From Octopus vulgaris (Eukaryota), in the NCBI GenBank assembly GCA_951406725.2, contig OX597818.1, positions 36,146,001-36,210,000 of the forward strand: a stretch of DNA of 64,000 nucleotides. Reading direction: 5' to 3'. Positions within the stretch are counted from its first letter, which is position 1. Every line of letters begins with the position of its first letter. Of the stretch, positions 52,542 to 64,000 are shown piece by piece. Position numbers and translations under genes: made by a program. The notes beneath the pieces are model-generated. The model had not been told where the DNA came from. It did not search any database and saw nothing but the letters and a program-made list of their open reading frames with translations.

Positions 52542-53087
52542 ATTTCTTAATTTGGATTTGGAAACACTGAAAGTAGGAACATACCCTTTTGGCGACTTAA
52601 CACCTCAGACGACCCGTTCAAACTGACAGTGCCAACAAATTCAAAATATGCAAGCGAAGAATTCCTGCTCTCCCCTTCCACCACGTGGGCTAAACTAGCA
52701 AACACCATATTTTAGCGGTGAAAACCGAGGCAATAAACAGAGAGAAATGAATTATAATTTCAACAATTGAGGGTAAAATTAATTAGTTATTAATCAATTT
52801 CACCAAGTATTCAGTATGTAAAAGGACCATTTAAGGCGAATTCAAAATATTACATTATATAAAAGGGGTTAGTAAAATAAATTACTTTGCCACATACTGA
52901 ACTCATTAGAAATAGCAAATATGGTGTTTGCTAGTTTAGCCCACGTGGTGGAAGGGGAGAGCAGGAATTCTTCGCTTGCATATTTTGAATTTGTTGGCAC
53001 TGTCAGTTTGAACGGGTCGTTTGAGGTGTTAAGTCGCCAAAAGGGTATGTTCCTACTTTCAGTGTTTCCAAATCCAAATTAAGAAAT

Positions 53088-53150
53088 TTTGGGCTGACGA
53101 AAGAAATGTCGAATTTTATTTGGCTGATCTAGAAACGTAACGTTCTCAAA
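53088..53150 (+). ncRNA. Type I hammerhead motif
   Basis: tttggg-CTGACGA-aaga..gtcgaat ttt atttggc..tcta-GAAA-cgtaacg-TT-ctcaaa. Confidence 0.75.
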
Positions 53151-53489
53151 TAATCTTTGCACTTGTGATTTTTTAATGTTTTTTACCCCCATACCTTCGT
53201 GGGTTATTCTGAGTAAACACTATCTGAGAGAAACTTTCTTTAAGTATTAGAAATAGCTAAAAAAACTTTTTTGGCTGCTATTTCTAATGAGTTCAGTATG
53301 TGGCAAAGTAATTTATTTTACTAAGCCCTTTTATATAATTTATATATACATATATATATATACATTTATATATATATACATATACATATATATATATATA
53401 CATATATATATATACCCATTTATATATATATACATATACATATATATATATATATATATAAATATATATATATATACACACATATACAC

Positions 53490-53945
53490 ACGACGGGCTT
53501 CTTTCAATTTCTGTCTATCAAATCCACATAAGAACAGACACCAGGAGCGGCGGTGTGTTAAGAAGCTTACTTCCCAACCACATTGTTCTGAGTTCAGCCC
53601 CACTGCGTGAGACCTTGGGCAAGTGACTTCTACTATAAGCCTTGTGACCTAAGACTTGCGAGTGGATTTGGTAGATGGAAACTGGAAGAAGCTCGTCGTA
53701 TGTATGTGTGTGTATATATATATATATTTATATGTGTGTGTGTGTGTGTGTGCATGCGCGCGCGTGTGTGTGTGTGTGCATGCGCGTGCGCGTGTGTGTG
53801 TGTGTATTTGTGTATCTGTGATTGCGTCCTTCTAACCTAGCAGTTTTGGTAAAAGACTTTCAAAGAATAAGTTCTGGGTTCGATTTCTTCGACTGAAGGC
53901 GCTGATCCAGCATGGCCGCAGTCAAATGCCTGAGACAAATAAAAA
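53490..53945. mobile_element. SINE family A, diverged/composite
   Basis: Short minus fragment joined to a plus-strand copy. Confidence 0.75.
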
Positions 53946-54283
53946 ATGAAAAATAATATACACATAGATATACACTCATAAATGCTCACATATACGCATA
54001 ATTGCCTATCGATTATTACTTAGTCAGGTATGTCCCACTCTCCTCTCCCTCTCTCTCTTGCTCTCCTTCTCTCCCTTTCTCCCTCTCTATCAACATTGGT
54101 ATTTAAGTGTGGGTATCTATGTGACTGTGTGTGTGGTTGTGTGTGTGTATGTGCGTGAACGTGTGTGTGTATGTGTGTGTGTTTTTCTGTGTGCATCCAG
54201 AGACATGCATCCATATATAGATGCACACATATTCGATATACAGAAATATGTACGCATATACACATACACCCATATATATACAT

Positions 54284-54358
<75 letters not shown>

Positions 54359-54359
54359 A

Positions 54360-54565
54360 AATGTGACCTCGTGTGTACCGTTGGCGATTTCTTTTCCTCT
54401 GTCTTCCCTTCTCTGGATCTTTCCTTCTCCTATTTTTCCGACGAAGAGCTCCGCTCGAAACATTAAGCCCTCCTTCTTCCCTTCTTTCCTGAGCGTCCAA
54501 TAATGCTATATTTGTTCCACGTCCTCGCGTTGTTGTGTTTTTTTGTGTTTTTTGTTTGGATTAAC
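54360..54565 (+). mobile_element. Family C repeat (hammerhead core mutated to CCGACGA)
   Basis: tttccgacgaagagctccgctcgaaacattaag. Confidence 0.78.
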
Positions 54566-54639
54566 TCTACATGTATATATATATATATATATACACATAC
54601 ACACAGACACACAGACACACACACATACATATACATATA

Positions 54640-54721
<82 letters not shown>

Positions 54722-55797
54722 TATATATATATATATATATATACACTCATGCAGAATATCACGCTCAAAATCTGTTTCTGTCTGTCTTTCTCTTTCTCTC
54801 CTTATCTCTCTCTCTCTCTTTCTCACACACACACACAAACACACACCTCACATGTAGAGCGCGCACTCTCTGTCACTCTCTCTCTTTCCTCTCCCTCTCA
54901 TACACACCTTACATATACAAGCGTACACTCTCTCTCTCGCTCCCTCTCTTCTTCTTCTTCTCTCTCTCTCTCTCTCTGTCACACACACTTCACACATACA
55001 AACTTGCTCTCCTTCTCTCTCTCTTTCTCCCTCTCTCTCTCTCTCTCCATCTCTCTGGTCCTCACTGTCACTCACACACATCGCACACACAAGTACTCTC
55101 TCTTTCTCTCTCTCTGACACACACCACACACATACCAGCGCGCACTCTCTCTCACGCTCGCTCTCGCTAACTCTCTCTCTCTTTCACACACACACAGACG
55201 CACACACACACACACACAGATACACACTCACACACTCACATAAACACACGCACACACACACTCACAAAGACACACATACACACATGCATTCACACACGCA
55301 CACTCACACACACACACATTCACACAGACACACACACACAGAGACACACACACACACTCACTGTGACACGTGCCAACCACACACATCCCAAACATACATT
55401 TCTGTTATGTTAGTTCACGCCAAACATCCTCTCGATAACCGCGCATCTTTTTACATTTCCCTGCATCAACTCTTCTCACTCCCCCCCCACCATCCTTTCT
55501 CTTCCTTTCCATCTTCCCCTTCACATCCTCCTTCCTATCCCCTCCCTTGGTCTTTCACCAATTTTTCCCCCTACCCCTCAATGTTTACCATTCTCTTTTA
55601 TCCGCATTCCGTTCCAAAATCCTTTCTACTTTCATCGCCCGATTCTAAGCAAACAGACCGTTAGGCACCATATTCGCTTATTCATTCATTCGCTCATTCT
55701 CTCATTCTTTTATTCGTTCGTTCAATCATTTTAGTCATTCGGTCATGCAGTCATTCAGTTATTTCATTCATCGAAACATTTTGTAACGGCACCTCAT

Positions 55798-56721
<924 letters not shown>

Positions 56722-57129
56722 GCTGCTGCTCTTCCTCATTGTATTCCACTTTCACTTCAGCATCTACCAGTATCACTATATACTATTTCTACCATCACCG
56801 CTACCATCACCAGCGCCGCCACAACAACCACCACCACCACTACGGCTCACCGCTGCCGCTGCCACATTCAGTCCGTATCTCGTACTCCTCCTACTACTAC
56901 TTTCCTCAGCATGTCCCCCTCCTCCCCTCTTCATTCCCGTGTTTGATTCATTCACCAAGAACTCGAATTAATTCACAAGCTGCCCAATCCGCCTACGCAT
57001 GAATGAGATGCTTTTGTTTTTGTTTGTTTTTTTTCTTCTTTGTTTATTTTTCATGTATCTCTTTTCTTTTCTTGTTTTTTTTTCTTTCTTCTTTTACATT
57101 TTATTCATGCTGAGGATTATCATGATTAA

Positions 57130-57925
57130 GACGGCGCGATGGCAGAAGCGTTAGCACGTCGGGCGGTAATTTCTTCCGACTTTACGTTCTGAGTTCAAAT
57201 TCCGCCGAGATCGACTTTGCCTTTCATCCCTTTCGGGTTCTATAAAATAAGTACCAGTTAGACACCCCTCCCCAAAATTGCTGGCCTTGTGTTAAAATTT
57301 GTAATTATTATTAAAAGGCGGCGAGCTGACAGAATCGTTAACACGCCGGACTATATACTTAGCGGCATTTCGTCCGTCTTTACATTCTGAGTTCAAATTC
57401 CACCGAGGTCGTCTTTGCCATTTGTCCTTTCAGGGTCGGTAATCGACTAATCCGCAAGGCGGCAAGCTGGCAGAATCGTTAGCACGCCGGCGAAATGCTT
57501 AGTGGTATTTCCTCTGCCGCTACGTTCCGAGTTCAAATTCCGCCGAGGTCGACATTGTCTTTCATCCTTTCGGGTTCGATTAAATAAGTACCAGTCACGC
57601 ACTGGGGTCGATATAATCGACTTAATCCGTTTATCTGTCCTTGTTTGTCCCTTCTGTGTTTAGCCCCTTGTGGGTAGTAAAGAAATAGGTATTTCGTCTG
57701 TCTTTACGTTTAAAGTTCAAATTTCACCGAGGTCAACTTTGCCATTTGTCCGTTCGGGGTCGGTAATCGACTAGTCTCCCCACACAAAGTTTCAGGCATG
57801 TTCCTATAATAGAATTAATAATTATCATTATGGATTAGGCGGCCTGCTAGTAGAGTCATTAGTGCGTATCACAAAATAATGACCAGCATTTCCTCCGGTG
57901 CTTTACATTTCAGGCCTTGTGCCTT
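57130..57925 (+). mobile_element. Tandem cluster of SINE family B copies
   Basis: Repeated head, gagttcaaattcc B box and central domain; LINE-like tail at 57641-57686. Confidence 0.88.
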
Positions 57926-57933
57926 TAGTAGAA

Positions 57934-57984
<51 letters not shown>

Positions 57985-58004
<20 letters not shown>

Positions 58005-58417
58005 ATAGTTTTATTTTTATAGCGTGCTTCCACTTCATTACCGAGCACAGCTCTGTGTACCTTGGGTATGTGCTGTGGTTTCCTGTGATGCTCTTATGGT
58101 TATTGTATTGAAAATGTTTTGCGCAGGTTGTGTGCGGTGCCCAGTAGTGCAATTTTCTGTATGATATATATATTTGTAAGTCATGGTGTTTTTGTTATAT
58201 ATTTGTCTGAATATTATTTTTATGATACCTAACGCGCCTACTATAATAGGAATTGTTTCTGTTTTTAGATTCCATATTCGAGTTACCTCTATTTCCAGAT
58301 CTTTGTACTTTGAAAGTTTCTCCATTTCTTTTAGAGAAACGTTGTCATCTGCTGGTTTTGATACATCAATTAGAAAGCACTTTTTTTCTTCATGATCTCT
58401 GACAACTATATATGGCC
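57985..58417 (-). mobile_element. R4/Dong-like non-LTR retrotransposon 3' fragment (restriction-like endonuclease) in (TAA)n
   Basis: LIDVSKP.D.N...KE.EKLSKYKDLEIE..RIW...IPIIVGALG; (TTA)n on both flanks. Confidence 0.85.
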
Positions 58418-58473
<56 letters not shown>

Positions 58474-58917
58474 GAGTGAGAGAGCAGTGCATGCCATCAA
58501 AGTGACACTGGGATAAAATATACGAAGCCCAATATACCCATCATGACTACCCGTCTGATAAAGGTACACCAGGCACATGCATCACAACCATATGTGCGCG
58601 ACATGGTGATCTCATATCAAGATAAACAGCACATGACCTTGCAGGTGGGGCCCAGTTAGAATTTTCTTCAGGTTGAGTAGCCCATCCCGCTCAAAAGGTC
58701 CCTGAATAAGGGTTGTTTAAGGATGTTGAAAGAACCACCCATGTTTCCAGAGGTGAATTATTCAAACCCCAAAGAATCCCTCTCAACACATGGCTATGAT
58801 GCTCCCCCACTACTTCTGCTCATGATCAGAGATGCACATATCGTCAGCCACTAAGGGACATGCTCAACTGGTTAAGGTCAAACAACTGACAAGCAAATCT
58901 GCGGTATTGAGCAGAAT
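58474..58917. mobile_element. Unclassified ~440-bp insert between (TTA)n tracts
   Basis: Complex sequence with TTA repeats on both sides; single copy in window. Confidence 0.45.
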
Positions 58918-58921
58918 GATT

Positions 58922-58963
<42 letters not shown>

Positions 58964-58964
58964 T

Positions 58965-59500
58965 AGGTGGTGAGCTGGTAGAATCATTAGGACACTGGGC
59001 GAAATGTTTATTGATATTCTGTTCGTCTTTACATCCTGAGTTCAAACTCAACCGAAGTGACTTTGCATTTCATCCATCGCGGTCGATGAAATAATTGCCA
59101 GTTGAGTACCGGGGCCGATGTAGTTAACTTACCCACTCCCCAAACAACGTTTCAGGCCTTGTGCCTGAAGTAGAAATTATATTACTGTGGATTAGGCGGC
59201 AAGGTGGTAGAAGTGTTAGTGTATCTCACAAAAAGAAAAAAAAAAAAAGAAATCGTAGTATTTCCCCGGGCGCTTTATATTTCGAGTTCTAATCCAGCCG
59301 ATGTCAATTTTGTTTTTCATCCTTTCGGAGTTTATACAATAAAGTACCTCTTAGGTACTGGGATCGATGTAAACAACTTGCCCCTCCCTTTAAAATTGCT
59401 GGCCTTCTGCAAAATTAAAAAGTACTCTAATTGGAAGAATCGTTTGAGCGTTCGCCAAGATGTCTTGCGGTATTTATTCCACTACTGCAAGTTCTGAGTT
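58965..59500 (+). mobile_element. Diverged SINE family B tandem copies
   Basis: Head, B box and central domain remnants. Confidence 0.75.
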
Positions 59501-59519
59501 CAATTTTTATTATTATTAC

Positions 59520-59567
<48 letters not shown>

Positions 59568-59581
59568 TATTATTATTATTA

Positions 59582-59953
59582 TTATCTCCGCCTTAGAGAA
59601 GGTATTGTTTTTCAGTCGTGTTTGTTTGCTTGTTTGTCCGTGGACAAAATATCTCAAGAACCACTGGATGGATTCAAATGAAACTTTCAGAGATGTTTGG
59701 CCTCGTGACTGGTATGAACTGATTAGATGTTGGGATCGATCAGCTACCGGACAAGAATTCTGGATTACGTATCGGATTTTTTTTTTGTTACTTAATTTTT
59801 TGAGGGCGGTCGGATTCATTTTTAGTATTCTCGTTTGTGAGAGCAGTCAAGTTTATTTCAGATATTCTCATTTGAAAACTCATCTCCGGCTAATCGTTGA
59901 GAAGACATTGGTGTTGTCTTGGAGGAGGTTTGCGTTCTCTGAGTGCTCTTGTT
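59582..59953 (+). mobile_element. Helentron-associated non-autonomous element (HINE/DINE-like)
   Basis: 5' ttatctccgcc, gttt/gtcc microsatellite core, 3' subterminal ggaggagg followed by hairpin gcgttctctgagtgc and tt. Confidence 0.7.
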
Positions 59954-59964
59954 ATTATAATCAC

Positions 59965-60130
59965 TAGCGGTATTTCGTCTGCCGCTACGTTATGAGTTCA
60001 AATTCCACCGCAGTCGATTTTGCATTTCATTCTTTCATGGTCGATAAATTAAGTACCAGCTCAATACTGAGGTCGATGTGACGAGCTTCCCCACCCACAA
60101 AATCCAGGACTTGTGCCTATAGTAGAAAGG
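59965..60130 (+). mobile_element. SINE family B copy
   Basis: B box and central domain. Confidence 0.8.
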
Positions 60131-60184
<54 letters not shown>

Positions 60185-60449
60185 GCCTTTGCACAGCTTC
60201 TAACGCTGGAGATGTACTACGGTGTCAGCTGTTCACTACCAGTGAACTAAGGTAACACCCATTAATTTTCGAGCACCTTTCAGATTATTCGAGCGGTTCC
60301 AAGCAGTGCTGTTTTCTGCAAGTGCTCTACCCTTATTGCAACCCCTATTTGTTCCATGTTCTTCTCAAGATTTTTATTCATTACTCCCAGGGCTCCGACA
60401 ATTATTGGTACTACTACCACCTTTTTCATCGAACACACTTGCTTAACCT
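60185..60449 (-). mobile_element. Second R4/Dong-like 3' fragment adjoining (TAA)n
   Basis: Minus strand reads VVVPIIVGALGV...LQKTALLGTARII. Confidence 0.8.
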
Positions 60450-60453
60450 GCAG

Positions 60454-60505
<52 letters not shown>

Positions 60506-60518
60506 CGTCGTCGTCGTC

Positions 60519-60549
<31 letters not shown>

Positions 60550-61519
60550 CAGTAGCAGTAGCAGTAGTAGTAGTAGTAGTAGTTCTATTTTTCACTTCCT
60601 TTAAGATCAGCGAACGACAATCCGTACCCAGGTGATTGAAAATCCAAATTCTCTTAAAAGTCGTCCGTTACGATCTCTTTCCTCTTTTGTTCGACGCATC
60701 ACGCTTATCCGTATCATCGCGATCACCAATACTGCCGTCACCCTCCTCAATATCACCACCGCCACCCTTAACCTTAACCTCCTCCTCCTCCTCCTCCTCC
60801 TCATCATCATCATCATTATTAAGATTACCATCGACTGCCACGACGAACCTCACATAGCATCGCTGCTACGTACATTACCACTCCAACCACCCGCGATCGA
60901 TCTCTGTTACCTCCACTACCATTATCTACGATCCGCATCACCATCAAGTCGACCAAAAATTATCATCACGATAATCATTAACACTTTAATCATTCTTCAT
61001 ATCAACACCACCAACAATACCACCAAATCTATCTCCACCAACGTCATTATAATAACCATCAACGTGACCGATATTGTGAACCATTAGCGGATGCACGCCA
61101 TCATCAGAAATATCGCCGGCATCACCGCTATTTTATCAATGCTACAATCGTTTTTATAACCCACAATTATCTGTCCATATTCGACAGGAGCCTTTGTGTG
61201 TTTACTTGATTTTCAAGAAATAACGACTGAATTCTATCAAATCACAGCCGTCTGACCTAAAGAGTGTGACACATTAGAGAAAGTAGTCCTAAATTCATCC
61301 ACACTGACAAAAAATGAAAATGAATGGAAAAGGAAAGAAAAAGGGAGGAAAAGAAAAGGAAAACTAGATGTTTAAGGCTGAAATGCTAGTGACCATAAGT
61401 CTGGTCAGTTCTGACTGACCAGAGGAAATAGTAATTTCAGAATCACCAACAGACACAAACGTTTCAACACCCCCACTATCTCCATTACAAATACCATTGA
61501 CACTCCAATATCATTCCTA

Positions 61520-61940
61520 CGATAATAACCACCAACATCACCACCACCACCACCACTCCGCCACCAGCACCACCATCACTAACAATTAATGCTACTAAAG
61601 CCAGCACCACCATGATAATCATCATCATCACCCACACCAACACCACCAACACCAACACCACCACAACCAATACCACCATCACCACCAATATCACCACCAT
61701 AACCACTACCACCACCACCACCACCACCATTACCACCACCAGCCTCCTCACCATCAATACTACTACGGCCAGCACCATCACCATCACCACAGTTAATGCC
61801 ACTAAAACCAGCACCAATACCATCGCTACAACTGCAACCACCACCATCATCACCGCCCTCACCACTACCACCACCATAATTAATGTCGCTGAGGCCATCA
61901 CCAACATAGTCACTACAGCCACAACCGCCACAATTATTAA
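61520..61940. repeat. Degenerate (ACC/ATC)n low-complexity tract
   Basis: Direct inspection. Confidence 0.9.
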
Positions 61941-62134
61941 CACTGATAGGCACAATTATAGTCCACACACAAATAGCTGCACGCATGCACGGATAATACA
62001 CTTTAGATTATCATCATACGCATAGAGAGAAATATTCAGAAGCAATCATGAAATGCACAGACACACAAACTCAAGCATACAGAAAAACACATATACACTA
62101 GACAATATGTGTGCGTGTGTGTGTGTGTGAGTAT

Positions 62135-62303
62135 AGAGGCAAGCGTGGCTGTGTGGTGAGAAGCTTCCTTCCCAACAACATGGTTCCAGGTTCAGTCCCA
62201 CTGCGTGGCATTTTGAGCAAGTGACTTCCGCTATATCCTCCAGCTGACCAAAGTCTTGTGAGTGGGTCTGATAGACGGAATCTGAAAGAAAGAAGACCGT
62301 CGC

Positions 62304-62357
<54 letters not shown>

Positions 62358-62984
62358 ATGTATATATATATGTATATATATATATGTATATATATATAAT
62401 ATATAATATATATATATATTATATATACATATATGTGTGCGTGTGTGTGTGTATTTGTGTATGTGTGTGTGTGTGTCCCCCTCCCCAACATCGCTTGACA
62501 ACCGATGCTGGTGTGTTTACGACACCGTAACTTAGCGGTTCGGCAAGAGACCGATACAATAAGTACTACGCTTACAAAGAATAAATCCTGGGGTCGATTT
62601 CTTCGACTAAAGGCGGTGTTCCAACATGGCCGCAGTCAAATGATTGAAACAAGTAAAAGAAAATATATACATATATTTATATATAATTAAATGAATAATA
62701 ACATACAATGGATAATCGTCATTTCATGACTGCTGTTTCTTAAGTAACTTACCACACAGCCATTCCTGCGCCTAATATTATTAGGAATTGTTTTTAAAAT
62801 TTGGTTGTATATTTTGCGAATAGGCGTAGGAGTGGCTGTGTGGTAAGTAGCTTGCTTACCAACCAAATGGTTCTGGGTTCAGTCCCACTGCGTGGCACAT
62901 TGGGCAAGTGTTTTCTACTATAGCCTCGGGCCGACCAAAGCCTTATGAGTGGATTTGGTAGACGGAAACTGAAAGAATCCCGTC

Positions 62985-63023
<39 letters not shown>

Positions 63024-63220
63024 CGTTTGTATATGTTTGTGTGTCTGTGTTTGGTCCCCCATACACACACAACATCGCTTGACAACCGATGCTGGTGTGT
63101 TTACGTTCCCGTAACTTAGCGGTTCGGCCAAAGTGACCGATAGAATAAGTACTAGGCTTACAAAGAATAAGTCCTGGGGTCGAGTTGCTCGATTATATAT
63201 TTATGACTGAAACAAGTAAA
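62135..63220 (+). mobile_element. Two SINE family A copies (62135-62662, 62820-63220)
   Basis: Family match. Confidence 0.9.
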
Positions 63221-63249
63221 AGGGTATAAAGATTATAAACTATAATCTA

Positions 63250-63830
63250 CTGCACAAAAATTACACCAATAAAATCAAATATGAACACCACCCACCATTC
63301 AAGGGTCATGTGAACCCCGGTGGAGACACACTGAACTAGTATCATCCTCATTGTTAATTTGATCACGTATAAAATTCTGTTCCTTGACAATTTCCTTGAA
63401 TTTTGCGCTGTACACTGCTACTGCTTTTCATTCTACTGACTTTTTTTAATATTTTACTCCCGCCAACACTGTCCAGTTTTCTTACTCTTGGCGTATCGTA
63501 AATTGGGTCAATCAGCCACCAAGAAACCAGACAATATTTTCGAATTTAAATTTTTACTTCTGGCTGGACTCATACTCTCAAATAGTCTTGGCTGAAGTCA
63601 TGGTCTAACTGTTCACTTCAATAAAATCCACCCATGCAATATTTCAGCAAAATATTCATATTTCGGCTTCAGCAGACATTTACCATTTCCTCTTTTATTT
63701 TCTTAAACATTAATCTCTAAAAGTTATGTTTTGCATTATGAATCTTGTATAAAGTATACAATTCGACCTTATGTTACTCAGCTCATTTTTATACATTTGC
63801 TTTTCTTCTGTAAATGAAGACATCGCTATG
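63250..63830 (-). pseudogene. Possible decayed pogo/Tigger-like transposase (CENP-B-type HTH)
   Basis: Minus-strand fragments EILHGWIL and G*LTQFTIRQ loosely resemble the GWL..F..RH HTH motif; many stops. Confidence 0.35.
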
Positions 63831-64000
63831 AGGTATATATGATGGGGGAAAATGCTTAAGATATAGATTTATCCGTGCACAGTGTTCATGCTCACTTTTA
63901 AAATGGCGACAGCCGACGTAAACAAATCATGTATTACTAACAACTTTGTTTCTTAACGACTGTTTCTAAAACAGCCGTTTGCTTTGGTTATCCGTTATTC

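Larger units (their letters stand above)
52190..53338. repeat. 564-bp unit + partial direct repeat + inverted copy, hammerhead-bearing, in TA tract
   Basis: taatttcaacaattgagggt at 52191 and 52755; inversion from ~52917. Confidence 0.93.

Overview
Repeat-saturated eukaryotic genomic DNA, most likely from an octopus or other coleoid cephalopod, judged from cephalopod-like mitochondrial 16S motifs and abundant tRNA-derived SINEs. I can support no intact host protein-coding gene; most ORFs in the track are microsatellite translations. Bases 0.7-17 kb form a dense island of decayed elements: an RTE LINE fragment, a Tx1/L1-like LINE bracketed by a 132-bp inverted copy of its own 3' tail, three Tc1/mariner relics, and a co-oriented chimera of divergent 28S rDNA, a dead three-zinc-finger R2 retrotransposon, a mitochondrial 12S-16S NUMT and more 28S-like sequence. 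Bases 17-64 kb are microsatellites and SINEs. They carry many type I hammerhead-ribozyme (HHR) motifs in non-coding elements inserted at (TA)n tracts. These include a near-identical 533-bp tandem-plus-inverted array and a 564-bp analogue (Penelope pseudo-LTR / retrozyme-like), with a Penelope GIY-YIG fragment nearby. R4/Dong-like fragments sit in (TAA)n tracts, and Helitron/Helentron-type non-autonomous elements are present. Coordinates were read by eye and may be off by a few bases.
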